Assembly: GCA_963764885.1 (NCBI GenBank)
Contig: CAVXUH010000009.1
Span: 331,850-395,849, forward strand
DNA: 64,000 bases
Direction of reading: 5' to 3'
DNA from: Candidatus Aminicenantes bacterium
GTDB taxonomy: Bacteria > Acidobacteriota > Aminicenantia > Aminicenantales > UBA8522
The notes under the pieces: model-generated
Databases searched by the model: none
What the model was told of the DNA's origin: nothing
What the model saw: the letters and a program-made list of their open reading frames with translations, nothing else
In this document: in pieces, positions 49,502-58,050 of the stretch
How positions within the stretch are numbered: the first letter of the stretch is position 1
Layout: every line of letters starts with the position of its first letter
Translations under genes and position numbers: made by a program

Positions 49502-51358
49502 TCACCTCCCGCCGCGGCCGCCCGCCCAACGGAAAAGGGACCTGAGAGCGGCGAACATCCCCCGGTCCGCGTACCGGTTGGCGTCGCCGAGCTCCTGGTA
49601 GCCGCCGAGCCAGGTCGGGGCCGTGACCTCCTGGGAGCCGCCAGACCTCCTGAGGAATGCGCCCGCGGCCAGGGCCAGCCCGAAGACGAGGAGGACGATG
49701 AGCGGCGCCGCCGCCGAGTTCAGGGGCAGTCCGTAAAGGCCGCCCAGCTTGATGCCGGAGGCTGAAACGGATAGTGAGCTCCGGGCTGCGGCCAGGCCAT
49801 CGGCCAGCAGGAAGCGCTCGGACCGCTGCAGGGCCGCCATGATGAGCGAAAACGAGGCGGCCGGGAAGAGCCCCTGGGCGAGGCAGACGATGGTCAGGAC
49901 GATCTTCGGAGCGAGCATCGAGCCCGGGACCTCCCGGACGGTCCGGCCGGCGTTCCACTCCGTGCCGGACGAGGTGAAGGCCATGCCGAAGAATTTGACA
50001 TAGCAAGCCAGGGTGACTGCGCTCGTGAACAGGGCGACGATGCCGAAAATGACCAGCAGAGCCGCCCCATTCCCGGCGAGAAGGGCGCTCGTGATGATGC
50101 TCCACTTGCTCGAGAAGCCGCTGAAGGGCGGCATCCCGGATATGGCGAGGGAGGCGATCCCGGCGATGATCGCGCTCACGGGCATCCAGCGGATAAGCCC
50201 GCCGAGCTTGTTGAGGTCTTTGGTGCCCGTTGCATAGAGGAGGCTGCCGCTTGTGAGGAACAGCAACCCCTTGAAAACGGCGTGATTGAGCACGTGGAAG
50301 ACGGCGCCCACGGCGGCGACCAGGGCCAGCGCGCGGAGCGCCGGCTCGCCGGAATCCCCTAGGACGAGGACGGCACCGACGGCCAGGACGATATAGCCGA
50401 CCTGGCCGATCGAGCTGTAGGCGAGCAGCCTCTTGGCGTCGCTCTGCTTCATCGATTGGATGGTCCCGATGAGGAGCGTCGCCGCGCCGACGGCGGCGAT
50501 CGGGAGGCCCCAGGCCCGCGCGTCGAAGGCGGCCCCGGCGGCCGGACCCAGGAAGAGGAAGGTCCGGATGAGGCCGTAGACCCCGGTCTTGATCATGACC
50601 CCGCTCAGCAGGGCGCTGACGGGCGACGGAGCTACCGAGTGGGCGTCGGGGAGCCAGAGCTGGCCGAGCGGGTAGACACCCGCTTTCAAGCCGAACCCGA
50701 CCAGAAGAAAAGCGAAGAACCCGAACAGCCAGGGGCCGGGCGTCGCGCCCAGCTTCGCCCCGAGCTTCGCCAGCGGCTCGCCGAAGGTGTAGCCTTTGGC
50801 GAAAAAGGCGCCGCCGACGATCAGGAGCCAGGCGACCTCCATGAGGAGAAGGTACTTTGCCGCGCTCCGGATATTCTCTTTCTTCCTGCGCTCGAAGCGG
50901 ATCAGAAAGTAGGAGGCCAGGGTCATGATCTGCCAGGCCAGGGTGAACCCGGGTCCCAGGTCGTCGACGGCGACGAGCCCGGCCATGCCCAGGATAAAGA
51001 GCGGATAGCAGCAATAATAGCCGGCCAGCCCGTAGTCCGCGTAATGGTCCATGTAGCGGATGCTATAGAGGGCGCTCATCGCGGCCATGAACGCGATAAC
51101 CAGGAGGAAGACCCCGGACAGGCCGTCGACGAGGAAGGGGATGTGAAACGGCCCGACCGCGACCGTCCGAGAGGCCGGCCCGCTGCCGAAAACGGCCCCG
51201 AAACCGACCGTGAACAGGACGGCGGACGAGACCGTGACGAACAGAAGATTGAGCAGCCCGGCGCTCTTTCTTTGCCGGGCGGCGAGGGGTGTGATGGCTG
51301 CCGAGACGGCCAGGACGCCCAGGGCGATAAACAGCCGGCTGATGATATCGAAGTTCAT
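49502..51358 (-). CDS. hycC: NuoL/HycC/HyfB-like antiporter-type membrane subunit
   Basis: About 618 aa, polytopic; start MNFDIISRL at 51358 (ATGA overlap with upstream relic ORF); track ORF begins at a GTG at 51385. Confidence 0.7.
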   Translation of the reverse strand: MNFDIISRLFIALGVLAVSAAITPLAARQRKSAGLLNLLFVTVSSAVLFTVGFGAVFGSGPASRTVAVGPFHIPFLVDGLSGVFLLVIAFMAAMSALYSIRYMDHYADYGLAGYYCCYPLFILGMAGLVAVDDLGPGFTLAWQIMTLASYFLIRFERRKKENIRSAAKYLLLMEVAWLLIVGGAFFAKGYTFGEPLAKLGAKLGATPGPWLFGFFAFLLVGFGLKAGVYPLGQLWLPDAHSVAPSPVSALLSGVMIKTGVYGLIRTFLFLGPAAGAAFDARAWGLPIAAVGAATLLIGTIQSMKQSDAKRLLAYSSIGQVGYIVLAVGAVLVLGDSGEPALRALALVAAVGAVFHVLNHAVFKGLLFLTSGSLLYATGTKDLNKLGGLIRWMPVSAIIAGIASLAISGMPPFSGFSSKWSIITSALLAGNGAALLVIFGIVALFTSAVTLACYVKFFGMAFTSSGTEWNAGRTVREVPGSMLAPKIVLTIVCLAQGLFPAASFSLIMAALQRSERFLLADGLAAARSSLSVSASGIKLGGLYGLPLNSAAAPLIVLLVFGLALAAGAFLRRSGGSQEVTAPTWLGGYQELGDANRYADRGMFAALRSLFRWAGGRGGR

Positions 51359-51510
51359 TGACGCTGTCCGTGACGCGGCGGGCACGCCCTGAGGATCAGG
51401 CCGCCGACCTCTCCGGCCGCCCGTTCAAACGCCGGCGTGAGCCCGGGGCCAAAGCCGATGTCTCCCGGGGCGATGCCCAGGAGGATAGTTTGTTGTCCGC
51501 GGGCTCCCTG
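51355..51510 (-). pseudogene. relic of a hydrogenase maturation endopeptidase (HycI/HybD family): only the C-terminal about 45 residues, no start codon
   Basis: Frame between hydG-like stop and hycC start reads QQTILLGIAPGDIGFGPGLTPAFERAAGEVGGLILRA..., which matches the HybD C-terminus (LTLVGVIPESLEPHIGLTPTVEAMIEPALEQVLAAL) by eye; ends in ATGA overlap with hycC. Confidence 0.5.
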
Positions 51511-51523
51511 TCATGGCGCTCCC

Positions 51524-52366
51524 CTAGATCTGCTCCCCGAGCGTCTTGATCTGTTTGTAGGTGTAAACCGGGCCGTCCGTGCAGACGAGCGTCCGGCCGA
51601 TGGCGCAGTGCTGGCACTTGCCGATGCCGCACTTCATGTGCCGCTCGAGCGTCGAGATGATGGCGTCGTCCTTCAGACCGCTGGCCAGGAGCTCCTTGAT
51701 GACCGAGTTGAACATGACGGGCGGCCCGCAGACGAAGGCCGTCGTGTCCTTGACCGGGACCGACGCCTTGGCGACGAGGGTATGCACAAACCCGACCTCG
51801 CCCGTCCAGCCGGGCTCCGCCCGGTCGATGGCGACGTGGACCTCGAACCCGGGGATCTTGCGCCACTCGTCGATCATGTATTTATACATGTGGTCTTTCG
51901 GCGAGCGGGCTCCGTAGAGAAGGATGATGCGTCCGAAATCCCGGCGGTGCTGGAGGACGTGGACGATCGACGAGCGCAGCGGGATGATGCCGATCCCGCC
52001 CGCGGCGTAGATGATGTTCCGGCCCTGGAGTTCGGCGAACGGGAAGCCGTTGCCGAAGGGGCCGCGGAGGCCGATCTTATCCCCGGCCCCGAGCTCGTGG
52101 AGCGCGCGGGTGGCCTTGCCCACCTGCCGGACGGACAGGTGGGGCCGGTCGCCCTCCGGGCTGAACGGCAGGGAGACGGCGAACTCGCCGGCCCCGAAGA
52201 CCGTGCACATGACGAACTGGCCGGACTTGACCCGGAAGCTTCGGCCGACGTCCCCGTTCTCGAACGAGAAATAGAACGTCCGGACGTCTTCGATCTCGTC
52301 CCTGATCTCGTCGATGACCGCGACCTCGGGGACGGTAACGATCGCGCCGGCGTTCGGGGCGCTCAC
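51524..52366 (-). CDS. FAD/NAD(P)-binding oxidoreductase with C-terminal [2Fe-2S] site (sulfhydrogenase gamma HydG / AsrB-like)
   Basis: 280 aa; flavin-binding RxYS-like region, C-terminal CGIGKCQHC...C. Confidence 0.7.
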   Translation of the reverse strand: MSAPNAGAIVTVPEVAVIDEIRDEIEDVRTFYFSFENGDVGRSFRVKSGQFVMCTVFGAGEFAVSLPFSPEGDRPHLSVRQVGKATRALHELGAGDKIGLRGPFGNGFPFAELQGRNIIYAAGGIGIIPLRSSIVHVLQHRRDFGRIILLYGARSPKDHMYKYMIDEWRKIPGFEVHVAIDRAEPGWTGEVGFVHTLVAKASVPVKDTTAFVCGPPVMFNSVIKELLASGLKDDAIISTLERHMKCGIGKCQHCAIGRTLVCTDGPVYTYKQIKTLGEQI

Positions 52367-53430
52367 TTGCCACCTGCCCTGGTGATCTCGCGGCGGATAT
52401 AGGTGACGACGTTCGACATCCCGATATCTCCCGGGCAGACCCGGACGCAGCGGCCGCAGCCGACGCAGCCCGGCCTCAGGTATTTCCTCGACTGGGAATA
52501 GGACAGTTTGCAGAAAAAGCGCTTGTTCCGCCGGTCCTCGACGGGATGGCGGGGGTTGTGGTCGCCGGCCATCCGCGTATAGCCTTCATAGGAGCAGGAG
52601 TCCCAGGACCTCAGGCGGTCGGTCCCGCCCGCGCGGCTGGGGACGTCCTCGATGTTGAAGCAGGAGCAGGTCGGACAGACGAACGAGCAGGCCCCGCACT
52701 CGAAGCACTGGTCGCCGATGTACTCCCAGACGTCGTTGCTGATGAACCCCGTCGTGATCCTGTTCATGACCCGCGAGATCCAGGCCTTGTTCTGGGTGGC
52801 CTCGCGGTCGAACCGGGCGATCGAGGCGTCGACGATTCTGGTTTTGAGAGCGGCCGCTTCCGGACCGGCTTCTTTCAGGCCGAGCCGGCGGGCGAGGGCC
52901 ACGCCCTTGTCGCTGCCGGCCTCGAACAGGTAGTCGTCTCCGGTGTCGGTGAGGTTGACGTCGAAGCCCTCCTGGGCCGCCGGCCCGCTGTCGGTGCAGA
53001 CGCAGAAGCATTGGGGAAACGGCCGGATGCAGGTGTTGGCGACGATGAACAGCTTCTTGCGGTGGTCGCGATAAACCTCGTCCACGTATTCCTGGCCGAG
53101 ATAGAACCGGTCGAGGCACAAGATCCCGGTGAGGTCGCAGGACCTCAACCCGACAAGCGCCTTGGGACGGACCAGGTCGTCCCGGACGATTTCGGCTTTC
53201 CGGGCCGCCCGGTCATAGGTGTATGACATGATCCGCTCGGACTGGGGAAAGACCACGCGCTTGGGAGGGTTGTAGGGGATCGCGGCGTCCAGCCGGATCA
53301 AGGCCGGGTCCGCGATCTTGTCGAACCGGGCCTCGCCGGAGGGGGAATCGATAACGGGGCCGTACAACTCATGGTCCCCGGCCAGGTCAGCGGCCAGCTT
53401 TACGGATCGGTCTTTTGGCAGAAGATACAT
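52363..53430 (-). CDS. iron-sulfur subunit, sulfhydrogenase beta HydB / AsrA-like
   Basis: 355 aa; CFECGACSFVCPTCSC and CVGCGRCVRVCP cysteine clusters; overlaps neighbouring genes by 4 nt. Confidence 0.7.
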   Translation of the reverse strand: MYLLPKDRSVKLAADLAGDHELYGPVIDSPSGEARFDKIADPALIRLDAAIPYNPPKRVVFPQSERIMSYTYDRAARKAEIVRDDLVRPKALVGLRSCDLTGILCLDRFYLGQEYVDEVYRDHRKKLFIVANTCIRPFPQCFCVCTDSGPAAQEGFDVNLTDTGDDYLFEAGSDKGVALARRLGLKEAGPEAAALKTRIVDASIARFDREATQNKAWISRVMNRITTGFISNDVWEYIGDQCFECGACSFVCPTCSCFNIEDVPSRAGGTDRLRSWDSCSYEGYTRMAGDHNPRHPVEDRRNKRFFCKLSYSQSRKYLRPGCVGCGRCVRVCPGDIGMSNVVTYIRREITRAGGK

Positions 53431-53432
53431 GG

Positions 53433-55391
53433 TCAGGCCTTCTCCAACCGCACGGGGATGACGGAATCCTGGTCCTCGTCGAGCGCGTAGCCCTGAGGGT
53501 TCAGGAAACCGGGGACCATGTCCCCGATGAAGTAGGGGACGTAGGCCGTACCCGGTTTGACGTCTCCGGAAACCCGGACGGCGACCCGCATCGACCCGCC
53601 GGCGGACACGACATTGACCGACGAGCGGTCCCGGACGCCGACCCGGGCCGCGTCGGCGGCCGTAAGCTCGATGAACCCTTTGGGGTAGAGAAGGAGCAGG
53701 GCGTTGTATTCCCGTTTCGGAATATGGGTCTTCTTCATGACGTTGTTCCGGTGCCAGAAGGTGTTGGCCTTGCCGGCCATGAGGAGGAACGGGAACTCTT
53801 CAGAGAAGGCGGGCGCCCGGTAATCCGCCGGCACGGGGACGAACTCGAGCCGGCGGGGCAGGTCATCGACGGATAGCCGCGCCGTGCCGTCCTGGTGGCG
53901 AAAGTCACAGGGCCACTGCAGCCCGAAACCGGCCTCGAGCTTGGCGTAGGTGACCGCCGCGTAGGCGGGAACGGCCGATGCGATCTCCCTCATGACGTCT
54001 TCGGCGGAGCCGAAAGGCCAGGCGGCGCCCCGCCGGGCGGCGACGTCCGCGTAGACGCGCCAGGCGGGGAGGACCCCCGCGGGCGCCCCGACTTTCCGGC
54101 GGTTAAGCTGGATCCTCCGCTCGGCGTTCGTGTAGGTCCCGTCGGCTTCCGCAGAGGAAGCCGCGGGCAGAACGATATGGGCGAACTCCATGAACGGATT
54201 GGTGTAGGCACTGATGAAGACGACGCACTCGAGTCCCTTGATCTTGGCGGCGTGACGGACGATCTCCTCGTCCCGGTCGGCCACGACCACGGCCTTGAGC
54301 GGCGACGGGTCGGCGGCGAGCAACTCCCGCGGTGTGTGCCCGGCGGCGGGGCCCTCGGCCCGCCGGTGACCGGGAAGAAACCGGGGGGCAGCGCCCACGT
54401 CATAGCTGCCGACGATGTTGCAGACCCCCGTTACGGGGTTGACGCCGCAGCCTTCTCGCCCGACCTTGCCGGCGGTCAGGAACAGGTTGTAGAGCATGGC
54501 GACCGAGCCGCGGTCGAGCCCCGAGATCCCCGACGAGAAAAAGGCCATGGCGCTCGCCGCGCCGGACAGGCGCCGGGCCAACTCTTCGACCGCATCGCCG
54601 GACAGGCCTGCGGCGGCCGCGAGCGCACCGAGGTCGAGCGGAGCCAGGGAGCGAGAGAAATCACCGAAACCCCCGGCATGTTCCCGGAGGAAATCCGCGT
54701 CCTCCCAGCCGCGCTCGACCATGACCTTGGCCACCGCCGCGAGCGCGTGCTTCAAGGTCCCCGGGTTCAGCCAGAGGTGCCTGCGGCTGAGCTTCGAGAT
54801 CTGGGTCAGCCGGCTGCTCAGGCTGATGAGGTCGGCGCCGTTCCGGGCCGCCAGATGGATCTCGCTGCCGATGATCGGGTTCAGCCGGGCGATATCCGAG
54901 CCGACGACCAGAATGAGCTCGGCCTTGCGGATCTCGGTCAGCGTGCCCAGCATGGCTGGCAGGCCGGCGCCCTGGAGAAGGACGTCGGCGGCGTCGCCGT
55001 GGCCCCGGTCCGAGGCGAGACCGATGTTGGGCGAGCGGAAGACCGTCCGGGCCAGCTTGGCCAGGACGTAGTTGTCTTCGTTCGAAGCGCGCGGCGAAGC
55101 CAGGAAGGCGATCTCGTCGCCGGAATACCGCGAGAGGCGGTCCGCCGCCTGCGCTACGGCTTCGTCGTAGGGGACCGGTTCCAGCCGCCCGTTGCGGCGG
55201 ATGAGCGGCGCGGCGATTCTCTCTTCGGTCGCCAGCAGCTCGTGAATGTGCCAGCCGCGAACGCACAGCCGGCCCCGGCTGATCGGATGGCCGGGAGAAG
55301 CGAAGACGCCCGTCACCGCGCCCTCATCGACTTCGAGCAGATGACCGCAGCCCGTTCCGCAGAAGTTGCAGACGCCTGAATGAGTGCTCAT
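53433..55391 (-). CDS. cytoplasmic molybdopterin (Mo/W-bisPGD) oxidoreductase catalytic subunit, formate dehydrogenase FdhA/FdhF-like
   Basis: 652 aa; N-terminal [4Fe-4S] motif CNFCGTGCG...C; no Tat signal; no in-frame TGA. Confidence 0.7.
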   Translation of the reverse strand: MSTHSGVCNFCGTGCGHLLEVDEGAVTGVFASPGHPISRGRLCVRGWHIHELLATEERIAAPLIRRNGRLEPVPYDEAVAQAADRLSRYSGDEIAFLASPRASNEDNYVLAKLARTVFRSPNIGLASDRGHGDAADVLLQGAGLPAMLGTLTEIRKAELILVVGSDIARLNPIIGSEIHLAARNGADLISLSSRLTQISKLSRRHLWLNPGTLKHALAAVAKVMVERGWEDADFLREHAGGFGDFSRSLAPLDLGALAAAAGLSGDAVEELARRLSGAASAMAFFSSGISGLDRGSVAMLYNLFLTAGKVGREGCGVNPVTGVCNIVGSYDVGAAPRFLPGHRRAEGPAAGHTPRELLAADPSPLKAVVVADRDEEIVRHAAKIKGLECVVFISAYTNPFMEFAHIVLPAASSAEADGTYTNAERRIQLNRRKVGAPAGVLPAWRVYADVAARRGAAWPFGSAEDVMREIASAVPAYAAVTYAKLEAGFGLQWPCDFRHQDGTARLSVDDLPRRLEFVPVPADYRAPAFSEEFPFLLMAGKANTFWHRNNVMKKTHIPKREYNALLLLYPKGFIELTAADAARVGVRDRSSVNVVSAGGSMRVAVRVSGDVKPGTAYVPYFIGDMVPGFLNPQGYALDEDQDSVIPVRLEKA

Positions 55392-55589
55392 GCCCCGAAA
55401 TCCTCAGTATGAATGCCCGTTTGTCCCCGGTGACCGGCCCGGGCCGGAAGGGAGCGGGCCGGCTGAGGCACGACACCCTTTCGGGATCCGGATGGCCATT
55501 TGCGGAGACGGTGTGGACGTCCGCCGCGTGCGGGGAAGTATTAAACCTGAATATACCAAATCACCCTGGAATTGTAAAGGCTGGGAGGT
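55392..55589 (-). promoter_or_regulatory. candidate promoter (TTTACA-17-TATATT) and about 130-nt GC-rich structured 5-prime leader upstream of the fdhA-like gene
   Basis: Minus-strand reading ...ctttacaattccagggtgatttggtatattcagg...; RBS GAGGA before ATG; several GC hairpins in leader. Confidence 0.3.
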
Positions 55590-56147
55590 TCATCGCGCCC
55601 CTCCAGGTCCGAGATTGAGTTTGAGGACATAGAGGATATTGAAAAAGTAGGAGATCCCCCCGATAAAGCGCTCCCGGATCATACCCTTGGGGATCTCTTC
55701 GATGGCGGCTCTCAAGGCCGCCAGGGAGACGGTCAGGGCATCATGGTCGGCCAGGATGACTTCCCGGCCGGCCGAGGCGATCAGGCTTTCGGTCTCCCGG
55801 GCCAGCCTGTCCAGGTCGCTAAAGATCGCCCGGTAGGCCCTCCGCCGGGGAGGGTCGACGGCCAGCACCGCCTTTTCGGCGATCGCCATCCGGACGATCG
55901 CGTAGCCGAGGCGGACTTCTTCGGGGTTCCTGTCCTGTTCACGGTCGGGGAAGCGCTCGAGATAGGCCATCCCGAGCTCGATCATATCGGCGCTGGCGAA
56001 GGCGAAATCACCCTCGAGGTCGAGGACGGCCCGGCGGAACGATTCGAGGTCTTTTTGCCCGCGGAAGAGGCCGGCGAGCGAGACCCCGGCGCCGGGGTGA
56101 CGGCCTCTCGAGGCTTGGTGTGGCACGAAGGCCAATTTATACCACAT
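55590..56147 (-). CDS. hypothetical protein (possibly shorter, starting near MIELGMAYLERF)
   Basis: 185-aa ORF; no family recognised. Confidence 0.3.
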   Translation of the reverse strand: MWYKLAFVPHQASRGRHPGAGVSLAGLFRGQKDLESFRRAVLDLEGDFAFASADMIELGMAYLERFPDREQDRNPEEVRLGYAIVRMAIAEKAVLAVDPPRRRAYRAIFSDLDRLARETESLIASAGREVILADHDALTVSLAALRAAIEEIPKGMIRERFIGGISYFFNILYVLKLNLGPGGAR

Positions 56148-56431
56148 CAGGCAGGCGCTGTATAGGAGGGTGGAACCTCCGTTCCTGTGATAGCCATGCC
56201 TTGGGGATTAGGGTCCTGTCACGGCGATCCCCCGGCGCCCGAACGGTCAATCATGCTTTTCGGGATCGGCGGAGTTCCTGGCATCAAACGTTCGGTCGGC
56301 GGGGGGCCCCCACGCCGTGCCACCCTTCATTTAATTCCTCGCCGACTTAGGAACGGAGGTGCCCGCTAAATTGACAGGGTGAGCACCGGTAAGCTAGTAT
56401 CGCCCCTGAGGAGAGGTCCCAGCATGGATAC

Positions 56432-57334
56432 ATGGATCAGCGTTCTGGCCTTGGTCGGGGGCTGGCGCCGCTCGGCCCCTGTCGCAGCGCCTCGCCGCCA
56501 CCCGAGCGATTGTTCGTCGCCGTGGCCCTGACGCCCGAGGGACAGTTCACAGAGGGCATCGAGGGTCCGGCCTGCGACGCGGTTGGGAATGTCTATGCCG
56601 TCAACTTCGCGCGGCAGGGGACGATCGGCCGGGTGACGCCCGGACGGCCGCGGCGAGGTCTATCGTCACGCTGCCGGAATGCGAGCGTCGGGAACGGCAT
56701 TCGGTTCGGCGCCGGCGGCGTCATGTACGTCGCCGACTACACGCAGCACAACATCCTGGCGATCGATCCCGCCAGCCGGTCCGTCCGCGTTTTCGCCCAC
56801 GAGCCCGCGATGAACCAGCCGAACGACCTGGCCATGGCCCCGGACGGGACTCTGTACGCCAGCGACCCCGCCTGGTCGAAGGGGACGGGACGGGTTTGGC
56901 TGATCGATTTGAAGGGGCAGGTGGCGCTGGCCGCCGCGGACATGGGGACGACGAACGGCATCGAGGTCAGCCCGGATGGCCGGACGCTCTACGTCAACGA
57001 GAGCCTCCAGCGGAGGGTTTGGGCCTTTTCGGTCGCGCCCGGCGGCGGACTGAAAGAGAAGCGACAGATCGCTTCGTTCCCGGACTTCGGGATGGACGGG
57101 ATGCGCTGCGACGCGGACGGCAACCTCTACATCGCCCGGCACGGCAAGGGAACCGTCGTCAAGATGTCGCCGGCCGGCACCGTCCTCCGGGAGATCGACG
57201 TCCTCGGGAAAAGGCCGTCCAACCTGTGCTTCGGCGGGCCCGACGGCCGCACGGTTTACGTGACGGAAGTCGATCATGGCCGCCTGGTCAAGTTCCGCGT
57301 GGACCGGCCGGGACGGGAGTGGGGGGGCCGGTGA
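56432..57334 (+). CDS. SMP-30/gluconolactonase/LRE-like six-bladed beta-propeller protein
   Basis: 300 aa; repeated motifs GPACDAVGNVYAV, NGIRF, PNDLAMAPDGTLYASD, TNGIEVSPDGRTLYV, MDGMRCDADGNLYIA; an ATG at 56424 with better RBS spacing is in another frame (possible further frameshift). Confidence 0.7.
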   Translation: MDQRSGLGRGLAPLGPCRSASPPPERLFVAVALTPEGQFTEGIEGPACDAVGNVYAVNFARQGTIGRVTPGRPRRGLSSRCRNASVGNGIRFGAGGVMYVADYTQHNILAIDPASRSVRVFAHEPAMNQPNDLAMAPDGTLYASDPAWSKGTGRVWLIDLKGQVALAAADMGTTNGIEVSPDGRTLYVNESLQRRVWAFSVAPGGGLKEKRQIASFPDFGMDGMRCDADGNLYIARHGKGTVVKMSPAGTVLREIDVLGKRPSNLCFGGPDGRTVYVTEVDHGRLVKFRVDRPGREWGGR

Positions 57335-57355
57335 GCCGCCCGGCCGTTTTTTAGG

Positions 57356-57988
57356 TCAGAGGCAGCGCGAGATCTGGCCGGCCAGGAATCGGGCGATATC
57401 TTGCGCGGGGAAGGGCCAGACATAAACGAATTCCTTTCCGGGGTGCCTCTCGCGGGCCGCCTGGATGGCCGCCGGGATGTCGACCGCCGAGTGTTCTCCA
57501 CCCCTCGTCATCATGGGTGTGACGACAAGGCTCTTCTGCGCCGAGCGGGCCGCCCGGTCCAACGCTTCGGTCAGGCTGGGCGAGCAGAATTCGTTGAACC
57601 CCAGGATGACATCGAGGCCCGAGGCCCGTCGCAGTTGCTCGGCGAGTTCGATCGACCCCGCGTAGAAAGGATCGTTGTCGCCGGTCCGCGGCCAGCGTCG
57701 CAGCCGGGCTTCGAGCTCCTCGATACGGGCGCTCAGACTTTCCGGGCCGGCGCCCCCGTGTCCGACCCGCGCGTGGAGGGTGAAGAACTCGGCCAGCTCA
57801 TCCTCCGGAAAGTCACGCGGGGGAGCGCCGTGCATCGCTAACACGACCACCGGAGCCGCCGCCTTCTCTTTTTGGCGCAAGGCGTCCTCTGAGCGCTTTT
57901 CTTTACCCATCTTGTCTCCGGGCTTTTCGCCTGGCCGGTCCTCTTTGATCAGCCGTCGCTTGAGGCGGATCTTCACCGGAGAGTCCAC
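57356..57988 (-). CDS. cbiX: CbiX-like (sirohydrochlorin cobaltochelatase family) protein
   Basis: VVVLAMHGAPP ... GFNEFCSPSLTEAL ... by-eye resemblance to short CbiX; N-terminal Lys/Glu-rich extension may not be translated. Confidence 0.5.
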   Translation of the reverse strand: MDSPVKIRLKRRLIKEDRPGEKPGDKMGKEKRSEDALRQKEKAAAPVVVLAMHGAPPRDFPEDELAEFFTLHARVGHGGAGPESLSARIEELEARLRRWPRTGDNDPFYAGSIELAEQLRRASGLDVILGFNEFCSPSLTEALDRAARSAQKSLVVTPMMTRGGEHSAVDIPAAIQAARERHPGKEFVYVWPFPAQDIARFLAGQISRCL

Positions 57989-58050
57989 TCTTTTGTATCA
58001 CGGGCCGGGGTCCGGCGCCAATTCCAGAAGCTGCGCTCCATGGGGAGGTA

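Noticed and set aside
51386-51523. Reading the hydG-hycC gap as a small complete gene starting at the ATG at 51512 (MTGSPRTTNYPPGH...)
   Set aside because: That frame gives a 29-codon Arg/Pro-rich product with no similarity; the conserved HybD-like C-terminal peptide is in a different frame lacking a start codon, so a relic/pseudogene is more consistent.
46151-52402. Numerous long plus-strand ORFs (e.g. 46293..46886, 46847..47947, 48046..49464, 50456..51361, 51437..52402, 52546..53226, 53895..55379) overlapping the hydrogenase/FdhA genes
   Set aside because: They are antisense to well-conserved minus-strand genes, their products are low-complexity Arg/Gly/Asp/Pro-rich strings typical of high-GC antisense frames, and none shows a recognisable motif.
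53433-55391. Selenocysteine (in-frame TGA + SECIS) in the FdhA-like gene
   Set aside because: The ORF is uninterrupted over 652 codons with no internal TGA, so no Sec recoding is needed here.
56424-56431. Alternative ATG at 56424 as true SMP-30 start
   Set aside because: It has better RBS spacing but its frame terminates after 35 codons; it would require yet another frameshift, so the ORF-track start at 56432 was kept while noting the possibility.
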